Positions 37,401 to 50,408 of a stretch of DNA of 64,000 nt are shown piece by piece. The stretch lies in the NCBI RefSeq assembly GCF_963921235.1, contig NC_086109.1:22632001-22696000 (forward strand). Reading direction: 5' to 3'. The notes below the pieces were generated by a model that saw nothing but the letters and a program-made list of their open reading frames with translations, did no database searches and was not told the origin of the DNA. Every line of letters starts with the position of its first letter. Position 1 is the stretch's first letter. The stretch is from Mobula hypostoma (lineage: Eukaryota). The position numbers and the translations under genes were made by a program.

Positions 37401-38469
37401 TTTAGATGTCGTAATTTTTCTCATGTTCACATTCATTCCTTACTGCATCTCAATTCTGTCTCTGATTGGTTATTCCATTGATACAGCTATTTCAACTGCT
37501 CTTTTAAATGTAAATTGTGCTCCAGTAAGGAGCCATTTTTGAATGCTTTGTTGTAAGATTCTTCAAACTGAACAAACACTCAGTGCATCATTACACCCAT
37601 TATTAAACTGACAATGCTCAGACAACTTCTTCAGCTCAGCCACATACACTGAAATACCCTTTCCTTTTGATTCCACTTATGAAATCTAAAGTGTTCTGCA
37701 ATCGGAAGTGGCTTTGTTCTAAATTCTCCTGCATTACTTTCACGATATTAGCAAAGCTAATATTGGCTAGTCTGGTTGGAGCACTTCTAAACAAACTGTG
37801 TGACTTTAAATCTAATACGCTCAGCAAAACTGGCACTGGCTTCTCAACATCTCTTCCATTTGCTTTAAAATATTGCTCAAATTGCTTAGTATACATATTC
37901 CAGTTATCTGTGGTACAATTGAACACGTCTATCTTACTGATGTAGCCATCCATTTCTACTTTTCTTTAATGATTATTTTCACCTGGTACTTACCACTTAT
38001 GAATCTGTGAATTTGTCTGTTCCCTGTCTTTTTTTTAATCGACCATGTCCGTCCCTTCCTGAAGAAGCACGTGTTGCACTCTTTTTGCACTTGACAATTT
38101 GTTTGCAGCACTTTAAAAAAAACTCGAATGTTTTGTGCATTTTTTTTAACTCGAATGACTCACTGTGCTTCTGCAGGTAGGTGGCTGTCTTGGGTTTGGT
38201 TAAAACTTCCACAATGCTATTATTATGTTTTGTAATGCAAAAAACATAAAATTAATTGAAATAAAAACATGGAGCCAGGAATAACGTGTCTTAGCTTTGT
38301 TTTTACTTTAAGTAAGGTGCGCATGTATGACGTGGTGGCGTGATGATGTATGCCATTCGTGTACTTTTTCATATAATCCACAATGCATGATGTAAACAGT
38401 GAAGAATGCTTAATCGAGCAATATATTTACAATATTATTCAAATATTTCTGAAATATTAAATATCAACA
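34407..38469 (-). mobile_element. Decayed Gypsy LTR retrotransposon (Mag/K02A2.6-like), internally deleted
   Basis: LTRs at 34407-34637 and 38221-38469; 5-bp TSD ctccc/ctacc inside a split V-SINE. Gag (37636-37953), knuckle CRKCNKIGHIERAC, protease LDTSLAASVI (~37050-37080), RT DFKVTIN and YLDD (36225-36236). PPT-like purine tract next to 34637. Confidence 0.92.
35222..35987 (-). mobile_element. Young 5'-truncated CR1 inserted in the Gypsy pol
   Basis: Intact ORF 35249..35989 (CR1 ORF2 C-terminus) and (TTATATGG)n tail. Confidence 0.95.
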
Positions 38470-39049
38470 CTACCACATTCCAAAAACATATGGATCAGTA
38501 GGTTAATGGGTCACATGGATGTAACTGGGCACTATAGGCCTTTTGAGCTAGAAGGGCCTATTACCATGCTGTATCTCTAAATAAAACAAAATATTTCAGG
38601 ACTAATCATCTGAAAACTCACTGTTACATTTAATTCAATTAAATAATATATGTTTAAAGTCTGTGCTTCATTGAGTATTTTCATGGTTCACTGTATCTGA
38701 CTTACTTTTACAACCAACCCGCTGCCCAATTAATGAAATGAAAGCAGTGATGCCAGAAATAAATAAGGTGATGTTTCTATTTTAATGTTTTCGGCAGAAC
38801 TGGATGCTCAATTAATGATCTGTTGTACATGCTATCAAACTCTTGTACTGAATTGTGTTTCTGTCTTTGTAATTCCACATTAAACGAAAAACACTAATTT
38901 TATTTTATGTCAAGAGAAATTGTGATAGAAAAACAAAAGAAGTTCTTTTTTATCAGCTTTAATAGAAAAATGCATTCTGAAACTTCTTGGTCAACATGAA
39001 GCACATTTTCAATCACAAGGAAGGAAATGCAGGCTCCAGTTTCTGTGAA

Positions 39050-39280
39050 ACAAGGTCCCAAAACAGCAATGTGGTAAGATTAGATCATCTGATATTTTGT
39101 TAAGTTTTGATTAAGGAGTTTATATTGACTGGAGTAACAGGAAAAATTCCAGTGCTTTTTGTTAAAGTAGAACTATTAGATTTTTTAATGTTCACATAAG
39201 AGTGACTAGAGACGTGATTTAACTGTGCAGCTGAAAGAAGTCAAAAGAACAATACTTCCTCAAGTACAACACCATTACTG
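39050..39280 (-). mobile_element. Ancient Deu-domain SINE remnant
   Basis: cccaaaacagcaatgtggtaa…ttaaggagtttatattgactgg…tttaactgtgcagctgaaaga resembles the reverse-complemented Deu domain (recalled, not searched). Confidence 0.5.
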
Positions 39281-39436
39281 GACTCTCTTTGGCCTTCCAC
39301 TTCTTATTATAGCACTTGAGTACCCATCATTGAAAAGGAAAAAGGCTTGGGTGTGATGTAGGAACTGGGGTAAGTAGGGGTTGATGGGAGCACAAAATAA
39401 GGAAAAATCCTTGAAAGTCTATCAATCAAAACTGAA

Positions 39437-41215
39437 ATATATAAACATATAACCATATAACAATTACAGCATGGAAACAGGCTATCTCGGCCCTTCTAGT
39501 CCATGCCGAACGCTTACTCTCACCTATTCCCATCTACCTGCACTCAACCCATAACCCTCCATTCCTTTCCTGTCCATATACCTATCCAATTTTTTTTTAA
39601 ACGACAAAATCAAACCTGCCTCTACCACTTCTATTGGAAGCTCGTTCCACACAGCTACCACTCTCTGAGTAAAGAAGTTCCCCCTGACGTTACCCATAAA
39701 CTTTTGCCCCTTACCTCTCAACTCATGTCCTCTTGTTTGAATCTCCCCTACTCTCAATGGCAAAAGCCTATCCATGTCAACTCTATCTATCCCCCTCATA
39801 ATTTTAAATACCTCTATCAAGTCCCCCCTCAACCTTCTACGCTCCAAAGAATAAAGACCTAACTTGTTCAACCTTTCTCTGTAACTTAGGTGCTGAAACC
39901 CAGGTAACATTCTAGTAAATCTCCTCTGCACTCTCTCTACTTTGTTGACATCTTTCCTATAAGTCGGTGACCAGAACTGTACACAATACTCCAAATTTGG
40001 CCTTACCAATGCCTTGTACAATTTTAACATTACATCCCAAATCCTATACTCAATGCTCTGATTTATAAAGCCCAGCATACCAAAAGCTTTCTTCACCACC
40101 CTATCCACATGAGATTCCACCTTCAGGGAACTATGCACAATTATTCCTAGATCACTCTGTTCTACTGCATTCCTCAATGCCCTGCCATTTACCATGTATG
40201 TCCTATTTTGATTAGTCCTACCAAAATGTAGCACTTCACACTTATCAGCATTAAACTCCATCTGCCATCTTTCAGCCCACTCTTCTAACTGGCCCAAATC
40301 TCTCTGCAAGCTTTGAAAACCTACTTCATTATCCACAACTCCACCTATCTTAGTATCATCTGCATACTTACTAATCCAATTTACCACCCCATCATCCAGA
40401 TCATTAATATATATGACGAACAACATTGGGCCCAGTACAGATCCCTGAGGCACACCACTAGTCACCGGCCTCCAACCTGACAAAGTTATCCACCACTACT
40501 CTCTGGCATCTCCCATCCAGCTACTGTTGAATCCATTTTACTACTTCAATATTAATACCTAATGATTGAACCTTCCTAACTAATCTTCTGTGTGGAACCT
40601 TGTCAAAGGCCTTACTGAAGTCCATATAGACAACATCTACCGCTTTACCCTCATCAATTTTCCTAGTAACCTCTTCAAAAAATTCAATAAGATTTGTCAA
40701 ACATGACCTTCCATGCACAAATCCATGTTGACTGTTCCCAATCAGACCCTGTCTATCCAGATAATTATATATACCATCTCTAAGAATACTTTCCATTTAT
40801 TTACCCACCACTGACATCAAACCTACAGGCCGATAATTGCCAGGTTTATTCTTAGAACCCTTTTTAAACAATGGAACCACATGAGCAATACGCCAATCCT
40901 CCGGCACCATCCCCGTTTCTAACGACTTTTGAAATATTTCTGTCAGAGCCCGTGCTATTTCTACGCTAACTTCCCTCAAGGTCCTAGGGAATATCCTGTC
41001 AGGACCTGGTGACTTATCTACTTTTATATTCTTTAAAAGCGCCAGCACTTCCTCTTCTTAAATCATCATATTTTTCATAACTACCCTACTTGTTTCCCTT
41101 ACCTTACACAATTCAATATCCTTCTCCTTAGTGAATACCAAAGAAAAGAAATTGTTCAAAATCTCCCCCATCTCTTTTGGCTCCACACATAGCCGTCCAC
41201 TCTGATTCTCTAAGG
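39437..41215 (-). mobile_element. Young CR1 LINE ORF2 fragment (RT domain)
   Basis: ORFs 39524-41240 contain SPGPDRIFPR, NYRPV, QHGF, DFSKAFDKV, SGVPQGSVLGP and YADD. Same (TTATATGG)n tail as 35222-35987. Confidence 0.97.
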
Positions 41216-41760
41216 ATTTTACAAAAAGCCGTACATACACGAAGACAGACAGCCACCCAATGTGCGAAGGAAGACAAGCTGTGCAAATACAAATAATACT
41301 GAAAACACGAGTTGCAAACTGTCCTTGAAAGTCAGTCCTTATGTTGTAGAATCAGTTCAGATTATGGGTGAGTAAAGTTCTCGATGCCAGCTCAGGAGAT
41401 AGGATAATAACTGTTCCTGAAACTGGTGGTGTGTGACCTAAGGCTTCCGTAGCAAAAAATAGCATGATCTGGATGATGGGGGTCTTTAATGATGGATGTT
41501 GCTTTGTTGTAACAGTGCTCCATATAAACATACACAATGTGGTTTTTGCCTATGATGGGATACGCTGTATCCACCACTTACTGTATCCGTTTCTGTTACT
41601 GAGCCTGGGTGTATCCATAACAGGCCATGATGCAACCAGTCAGGATACTCCCCACTCTGCAACTATAGATGTTTGTCAAGGGTTTTTTTTTTGATGATGT
41701 ACTGAATCTAGGCAAACTTCTAAGAAAATAGAGGCACAGGCATGCTTCTTCATTATCACA
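41216..41760 (-). mobile_element. Rex1/Babar-like LINE fragment (continues at 44100-44450)
   Basis: SILTGCIMACYG and KATSIIKDPHHPDHAIF motifs. The downstream part has FKFLSFNI. Split by a CR1. Confidence 0.75.
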
Positions 41761-41764
41761 AAAA

Positions 41765-44097
41765 GACAATGTTATGATAACCATGGGAGATTTCAGCATA
41801 CGCGTGCACTGGGAAAATCAGGTTGGTAATAGATCTCAAGACAATGAGTTTGTTGAATGCCTACAAGATGGCTTTTTAGAGCAGTTTGTCGTTGAGCCTA
41901 CTAGGGGATAAGTTATATTGGATTGGGTGTTACGTAATGAACTGGAGGTGATTAGAGAGCTTAAGGTAAAAGAACCCGTAGGAGACAGTGATCACAATAT
42001 GACTGAGTTCAACTTGAAGTTTAATAGGGAGAAAATAAAGTCTGACATAGCAGTATTTCAGTGGAGTAGAGAAAATTAGTGGTATGAGAGAGGAGTTGGC
42101 CAAAGTAAATTGGAAGGAGATGCTGGCAGGGATGACAGCAGAGCAGCAGTGGCGTGAGTTTCTGGGAAAAATAAGGAAGATATAGAATAGCTGCATTCCA
42201 AAATCAAAGAAATACTCAAATGGCAAAATAGTACAACCGTAGCTGACAAGGGAAGTCAAAGTTAATGGAAAAGCAAAACAAAGGGCATACAGCAAAGCAA
42301 ATATTAGTGGGAAGAGAGAAAGGTGGGAAGCTTTTAAACATGTATAGAGAGTAACTAAAAGATTCATTAGGAAGGAAAATATAAATATGAAAGCATGCTA
42401 ACAATGAGTATCAAAGTTGATAGTAAAAGTTTTTTCAATTACATAAAAAATAAAAGAGAGATGAGTGTGGATAGAGGCCCACTAGAAAATGAGGCTGGAG
42501 AAATAATAATGGGAGACAGGGAGATGGCAGATGAACTAAATGAGTATTTTATATCAGTCTTCACTGTGGAATACACTGGTAGTGTGCCAGATGTTGAAGG
42601 GTATGAGGGAACAGAATGGGGAGGCATTAGTAATAATGTTTCAAAAATCATTGGCCTCTGGCATGGTGCCAGAGGACTGAAAAACTGCAAATGTCACTCC
42701 ACTCTTTAAGAAAGGAAGAAGGCAGCAGAAAGGAAATTATAGACCAGTTACCCTGACCTCAGTGGTTGGGAAAATATTGGAGTCAATTGGTAAGGATAAG
42801 GTTATGGATTTCTTGGTGACACAGGACAAGATAGGACAAATTCAACATGATTTTCTTAAGAGGAAATCTTGCCTGATGAACCTGTTGGAATTCTTTGGGA
42901 AGATTACAAGTAGGATAGATAAAGGGAATGCAGTGGATGTTGTATATTTGGACTTTCAGAAGTCCTTTGACGAGGTGCCACACATGAGGCCACTTACCAA
43001 GTTAAGACCCCAGGGCATTACATGGTTAGAGCATTGGCTGATTGGTAGGAGGCATCAAGTAGGAATAAAAGGGTCCTTTTCTTGTTGGCTGTCAGTGACT
43101 AGTGGTGTTACACAGGGGTTGGTGTTGGGATTGCTTCTATTTATGCTGTGTATCAATGATTTAGATGATGGAACAGATGGCTTGTTGCCAAGTTGACAAA
43201 TGATACAAAGATTGGTGGAGGGCCAGGTAGTGTTGAGGAAACAAGATAGCTGCAGAAGGACTTAGACAGATTAGGAGAATAGGCAAGAACGTGACAAATG
43301 AAATATGATGTTGGAAAATGCATGGTCATGCACTTTGGTAGAAGAAATAAATGGGGCAGACTATTTTCTCAATGGGGAGAAAATCCAAAAATCTGAGATG
43401 CGAAGGGATTTGGGAGTCCTTGTGCAGAACACCGTAAAGGTTAACTTGCAGGTAAAGTTGGTGGTGAGGGAGGCAAATGCAATGTTAGCATTCATTTTAA
43501 GAGAACTAGAATACAAGAGCAGGGATGTGATGCCAAGGCTTTATAAGGCACTGGTGAGGCCTCACCTTGAGTATTGTGAACAGTTTTGGGCTCCTCATGG
43601 AAGAAAAAATGTGCTGGTGTTGGAGAAGGTTCAGAGGAGGTTCACAAGGATGATTCCAGGAATGAAAGGGTTATCACGTGAGGAACATTTGATAGCTCTG
43701 GATCTGTATATGCTGGGATTTAGAAGGATGAGGGGAGAACTCATTGAAGCTTATCGAATGTTGAAAGGCCTAGACCTGGTAGGTGTGGAAAGGTAGGGGA
43801 GTTCAGGACAAGAGGGCACAGCCCCAGGATAGAGGGGCATCCATTTAAAACAGAGATGTGGAGAATTTTCTTAAGCCACAGGGTGGTGAATTTGCAGAAT
43901 TTATTACCACAGGGAATGTGGAGGCCAGGTCGTTGGCTGTATTTAAGGCAGAGATTGATAGGTTCTTGATTGGACATGGCATCACAGGTTACAGGGAGAA
44001 GCTCAGAGAGTAGGGCTGAGGAGGGGAAAAAGAAAGTATTGAATAGCGGAGCAGACTCGAATTGGTCAAATCCTGCTCCTACGTCTTATGTCTTATG
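41765..44097 (+). mobile_element. Decayed CR1 LINE (APE C-terminus plus RT)
   Basis: SDHN, NYRPV, YLDFQKSFDEVPH, SGVTQGLVLG and LYKALVRPHLEYC motifs; (TCTTATG)n tail. Confidence 0.92.
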
Positions 44098-45944
44098 ACA
44101 CTTATTTGCCTATCCCAGGACAGATGTCCTGATATGTTAAAGCTAAGAAATTTGAAACTACTGACCCTCTCTGCCTCAGTTCCCCTAATGAGGACATTGT
44201 TGTTGTGGGACTACTCAAACCAGATTTTCAATCTCTTTCCTGTATGCGGGTTTGTTACCACCTTTGATTCACACATTATTGTCAACAGACAAATCCAGCA
44301 TTCGAGTTGTACTTAGCCAAACGGTCATATGTGTAAAAACGATCATCATAAGCACACAACTCAGTAGTGTTCTTCTCTGCTGATGGTGAGTGTGGAGGAG
44401 AGAGCGCTGCCAATCAGTATTGGTCAGTGAGGAAATGAAGGATCTACCTAGTTTAATATTGCTGATAATATTGGCTGCATGCTGATGTGACTTCAGTCAT
44501 CAGACAGTGCCGTTTTCCCTACCCAAGCATTCGGATCATTATAACAAGTTGAGAAAATGAAGCCACCGCTCTTCCTGCATTGTGAACTTATGATCTTGTT
44601 TCATGTTTTCGGTGGCTGTTGAATTTAGCTTTCACCCTCTGTTTCAAGTTGGCTGTCCGATCTGTTTTACTAATAGTACCTTCAGCATGTCCTGCCACTT
44701 TCAATGACTTGTGTAAATACACCTCCAGCTGCCTGTGCTCCTGTAGCTTTGTTGATTAAACCTGACGTTTTCTAATGAGGAACATTTCTGACTCATCTTT
44801 AACCCTAAAACAGTATGACGTGTTCATATAAATTTAAGAATACAATAAACCCCAAAGTAAGAAGCGCATGTGGAAATTCAGTGGGAGTTGGAAAGCTGCA
44901 AGCAATTGAAGTCGTGTCTTTGCACGGATGAAAAAGACTGTTGACAGCTGCTCCTGGGAAAGAGTAAATTCACCAGAGAATTGATTCAGTATTCCAGCAA
45001 CAACAGAGAAAAAGACAGAATCTAAGGGCAATGGTTCATTAACTTGACAATCTGTGAACAAATTATCTTCCCTGTTTTGCATAAAATACTCACAGCATAA
45101 TGGGGCACGTTAGGAAACACGAGCTCTTGAAAAGGGTCAGAAAACATGGTGCTTCAGAAGAAGCCAGATTGCAGAAAAACATCTTGTTTTTTTACTTTCT
45201 TTCTTGTCAGTGATGAAAAGCATAAGGGATCACAGCTGACCTTCAACACGCTGCCCAAATGCTACACTTCAGGCCTGAGCCAGGATGTTATTATATGGAA
45301 TAACACTGAAATGATAGCACAAAAATAAGCTAATTGACACACAAGTTATTCATGACCTCTGCACTTCATTACATCATATTGTATTAGCATCAATCTTTGC
45401 TGTGTTTTTATTTGACCTCACTTTATATGCTTCAGCATTGCATACTGCAGCTAATCCTTTCTCCTTAATTTCCAATGGGATTTATTGATGATTATCTGTT
45501 ATTTATGAATATTAATTTTGCTCTTTTGCAGTATTCAAACATCTTCATAATTTTAAAGAGCTCTAAGGGGTCACCATTTTTGGCTTCTCTTTTCCCTAGA
45601 AAGTAGCCCCATGTTGTTACCCTTTCCTGACTATTATAAATCTGTTTTGGTACCATCTCTGTAAATCTTTAATGCGACTCTGCTTTGCACTATCTTCTCT
45701 GTTGGGTTGGTTATTGGAAGCTAGGACATTGCACTCTCAGTGGTCTAACCATGGATCTGTATTACACAAGCAATGCATCGTAGAGACTGGAAGTCAGGGA
45801 AATACTCAGAAGGTTGGGCAGCATCTGTGGAGAGAGAAACATATGTAATGGAGAAGATCTTACTGATGGCTACTTAATGGATCTGTGTGGAAGTTCAGAC
45901 TTGCTGCAATGTGCATCTTAGTGGACCTAAGCGTAGGGCTAAAT

Positions 45945-46670
45945 TGTGGCATGGCTAGAGGTCGGAAGTGAGTGGGTTTCACAGCTCCAGAGACCCAGGA
46001 TCAATGCTGTCCATGGGTACTGGCTCTGTGGAGTTTGCTTGTTCTTCCTGTGGCTGTGGGTGTTCCAGTTTCCTCCCATTTCTGTAAGGTGTGAGGGTTG
46101 GTGGATTCATTGGCCTCCATAAATAGCTCCTTCGTTGCAAGGTGGAGATACGTCTCTACCAAAGGAGGAGTAAAACACTTCTCTCTGCTAGCCTGCAGGT
46201 CACCCTTGGGCAAGGTCTAGCATCTGCTTTGCCCCCGATCAAGATAACATGAAACCATGGGAGCAGGTGGTGGATGGTCATATGAGTAGTCGGTGCCTAT
46301 CACAAGTCCTGGTTATGTGACCGTTGACACCAGGCAGATGATCTCTGAAGACTATTGATAATGCCTGGGGTCACCCGTCTTGTAAAGATACTGCCCAGAA
46401 GAAGGAAATGGCAAACCATTTCTGTGGGAAAAAATTGCCAAAAGCAATCATGCTCAAAGACTATGATCTCCCACGTCTTATGTCATGGCACATAATGATG
46501 ATGATGATGAAGTATCCTCAGATTCTGTGATAGAAACCGGGGTTGGGGTTTGGGGTATCTAATGGGTTTGTGAGATGAACAAAAAAATAGGATTAATGTA
46601 AATACATGGTTGGTTGTCAGCATAGACTCAGTGGGCTGAAAAGTCTGCTTTTGGTATTGATTTTCTCCAG
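45945..46670 (+). mobile_element. V-domain SINE split by an RTE-related element
   Basis: tRNA head and V-domain at 45945-46130; CR1-like 3' end at 46510-46670. Confidence 0.6.
46134..46510 (+). mobile_element. Non-autonomous RTE-related element (family C)
   Basis: Colinear with 52541-52906; BovB/RTE-type agaaggaaatggcaaacca motif and (TGA)n tail. Confidence 0.75.
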
Positions 46671-47067
46671 GAGACTCATTAGAATGGGGTTGTACACCTT
46701 TACTAAAAGATATGAATGTTGATAGCTCGCACTTTCTTACTTTATTTTAGTTAGCATTTTTTTACTCTATTAACATACTGTAAGTTAAATATATTCTGCA
46801 TTGAATATAGTGTTTATCATGATTAAAGAATTTTATATTTTTTAATCATTGAAAAGTTTTTAAACATTATTTTTAAATGCCTCTAATCTTCAGAGGCATC
46901 TCCACAGGCCTGCTGTGCTAGGTGGGGTGATGAGAGAGCCTCATAGATTGGCTGTAGCAGTGTGGCCAATGAAGAGTATGTCAGAGAGTTATAGAGTCCT
47001 GGAGTACTACAGCCCCTATCTCTATCTCATACTGACAATGATGAGCTCCTTTTATGAGCACTGGGTA

Positions 47068-47145
47068 CAGGAGTTCTCAACTGGGGTCCACAACCCCTTG
47101 CTTAATGGTATTGACTCATAGCATAAAAAAGGTTGGGAATGCCAG
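47068..47145. mobile_element. ~80 bp hAT MITE (same family as 29771-30043)
   Basis: caggagttctcaac…gcataaaaaaggttgggaatgccag; the internal sequence is the reverse complement of 29983-30043. Confidence 0.65.
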
Positions 47146-47329
47146 CACTTGGACATACCATCTTTAACTACCAACAAAGTTAACTTAAGACTGCACGTGA
47201 ATTAGAATTTGATGCACCCCACATTGTAGTTACAATCATATTACAAAATGAACAGAAGTGTCTACCTTAGATACAGCATAGAAGCAATATATACACATCC
47301 CCATTACTAAAGAAGTGGAAAGGGAAAGT

Positions 47330-47625
47330 TTGGCCAGGCTTGGATTTGTTTTTAATTTCTTGGGGATAAGAGGGGAGAGAGTTACAAGAGACCTGAGAGG
47401 TAACAGCACAGAGAGTAAGGAGTATCTCGAACGAACTACCAGAGGGAGTGGTCGAGATGGATACAACTGCAACATTTGAGGCACTCGGCCTGGTACATGG
47501 AAGTGGGGGGTGGCTTGAAAAATTATGAGCTGAACATGGGCAATTCGAATTAGTAGGGAGGATGCTGTGGTCAGAATTGACCCGTTGGGCAGAAGGGCCT
47601 GTTTCTGTGCCGTATTACTCTGATA
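47330..47625 (+). mobile_element. Old CR1 3' fragment
   Basis: gacctgagaggtaac…gggcagaagggcctgtttctgtgc CR1 3' end. Confidence 0.65.
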
Positions 47626-49059
47626 GCACTGAAATAAGCCCTTCAGCCTATCTAGGGTGACTGCAGGCATCCAGTGAGAGGTGAAATGCAAACACTAGCT
47701 AGCCATCGGAAGACTTAAGTTCTTCGGAGAACTGCGCGCTGCCTAAGAACTCATTTAAGGCAACCTACTCTTTACACTGCTCATGCCCCAGTAGCAAAGA
47801 ACACTCATTCATATTGAATTGATGCCAGCATCACATAACACGATTAAAAGATAAAATGTTCCGACTTTGACAGTTCAAATTTAGTGATTTAATTTTGCAA
47901 AGGGCCAAACATCTTGCAGGAAGGACAGTGCTGATCCTTCATGGGAAGCTATCCACTGTCAATGCACACCATCTCTTGGACACTGAAAAATGAAGTTGAG
48001 CTTAATGTCACGTGCACAAGTGCTGTGAGCTACAGGTAAAATGAAAAACCTGCGTGCGGCAGTGTTACAGGGCCCTAAATTCAGACAACACACGAGGCAT
48101 AAATTATACAAGAGAATGAAAAGAAAAAAAAAGGACTGTACTAAGCAAGACTTCAGTGCAAAATAAATACAATCAGCGTCAAGTTCATGGTAGTGCAAAA
48201 GGTGTTCTGTAGTGTTCCCCTGCTGAAGGAGGATTAGGGTTATGCAGGTCAATTCAGTTACTTGATAGTTGTAGGAAATTAGCTGTTCCTGACGTGTGTG
48301 TACGGTCAGATTCTCTCTTTTCGGTGGGAGTGGTAAAAGGAACATTGAGCCACTGAGCACAAGGTCAGGGACATCTGTGCTGGAAGAAGATCTGCTCAGC
48401 AGGACACAGATGCTACGCTTCAGGAGCAGGGGATGCTTCTGAAGTAGCAACAAAGAATGTGTGACATACAGGCGAACGTTAAGAGAGTGGAAGTCCACTG
48501 CAGTTACAGGATACACCTGTGTGTTCTGGATGCCGTCCCGATCCATATCTATGAAGTTCGTGTGCCCCTGAACTCAGCCAGTGCCACAAACCCCAGCCCC
48601 CTTGCATTTGGATGGTCTAATTATTGAGAAAATAAACGTGATCGCTCCAGCCTTTTACAAACAAGGTAGTAACTTGCTGGTTATTTGAATGCATCTGGAG
48701 ACCACAGCTTGTGAGGTCACACAATTCTGTCTTGGAGTTTTGGGATAATCCGGAGGTAAATAAGATGAGGGCCCAGTGGCAAGGTTTGCCCCTCTGCTCC
48801 ACCTGGTGGCAGGTCTTGTTCCAGCAAGGTGCAAGTGCTTCCATCAGACAGGGAGCATCCTGACACTCAGCCCCTTCCTCAGGCCGTGGCCCTGTGAGAT
48901 GTACCTTCGTGCAGATCCCCTCACTCTAGTGGAGCCGTAGGTCTGTGAGGAGCAAGCTGTTGCTACCTCTATAGCTCTCGCAGTCCATCACTTTGGTCCT
49001 TGCTTAAGACCTAAGCCAACAAATATACTTTGCCAGGGACGGTTATTTACTTAATTTAA

Positions 49060-49310
49060 TTTTTACTTAGAGATACAGCATGGTAACTGGTCCTTCCGGC
49101 CATGAGCCCTGACTACCCAAATACGCCCATGTGACCAATTAAACTCCTAACCCGAATGTCATTAGAATGTTGGGGGGGGGGTGCGACTGGAGCACCCGGA
49201 GGAAACACACACTGTCACAGGAAAGACGTACGAACTTTTTTAAAAGATAGCAGTGGAATTGAATCCAAGTGACTGGCCCTGTAATGGCATTATGCTAACT
49301 GCTAAGCTTA
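49060..49310 (-). mobile_element. V-domain SINE
   Basis: ctggagcacccggaggaaacacac (reverse V-domain) and ggaattgaatcc (reverse B box). Confidence 0.75.
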
Positions 49311-50408
49311 GTGCGATAAAGTAGCGCAGAAAGAAATGATCAAGTTGAAATAATGGAGGAGGTAGGAATAGGGTTTGAGAACGTGGCAGAACCACTGGGA
49401 TGGGGATAAAAGTTCCCTGTCACTGATTAGAGAGGGCGAGGGAAGGAAGGTTTGGTGGAATGATGGCAAAAGAGGAATGTTTAGGTCCTGGGGAATGGGG
49501 GGAGTAGTTAGGAGTAAGCAAAATTTTATCCACTGTATGGTACCCTCAACATCAAGCAGTTGTGTGGGGTTAATTTTGGAGGTGCGGGGGGTGGTGGTCA
49601 CTGGTCTCACCTTTCCCATTGGCTCTGCTTGTAAATACAGCCAATGATACACATCTATTGACCTTATAAATCTATAATGATCAAAGGCACAATCTTCCAA
49701 AGCTGTCAAATTAACCTCTGAAGTTCTCAAAGTGAACTTGGCATACATATTGTGAACATCCAAGTAGTTAAAAACAACAACTGAAATGTTTCACTGTGTC
49801 CTCTCGACTTTTAATCCCTTCAATTGTCACCATGTTCTGGCCTTACTTTCACTGGCACCAGAAAACATCTTGACCCACATTGGCACTGGAAACCTTTTAA
49901 TGTAGCTCTGAAAACATGATGAAGTTGACAATCTTCATTTTCTAGGAAGGATTGCATGCATTCAGCCTAATGTACTGGAGTTAAATGTAAGTAGTCAAGT
50001 TATATATGAACATTTGAGCATATAAATCAGGAACAAGAGTAGGCTACCTCATCCTCCCCATTCAATCAAAATTGTTTATAATCTCAGCTCTGCATTCCTG
50101 ACTACCGTCAATAACCTTTCACCCCTTTGCTTATCAATAACCTGTCTCCCTGTGTATTAAAGATATTCAAAGATGTAATTTCCACTGCTCTTTTGGGAAG
50201 AGAGTTAGTGAGATTCATGACTCTGACAGAAAAAAGGTTGCCCCATTTCTAAATGGGTGAACCCTTAAATTTAAACCCCTAGTATCTGATTCTGCCTTCT
50301 CTACATCCATTTTATGAAGGCCTTTTGGGATCTTAGCTAATGATTTTTTCTGCAATATCTGTTGTTTCACTGGATTTTACCCCCCAATACCCATGTACTC
50401 CTGGGCAA

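Noticed and set aside
47959..48546. 195-aa ORF as a host gene
   Set aside because: Its C-terminal half is the antisense/UTR of a Rex-like 3' end; no recognisable domain.
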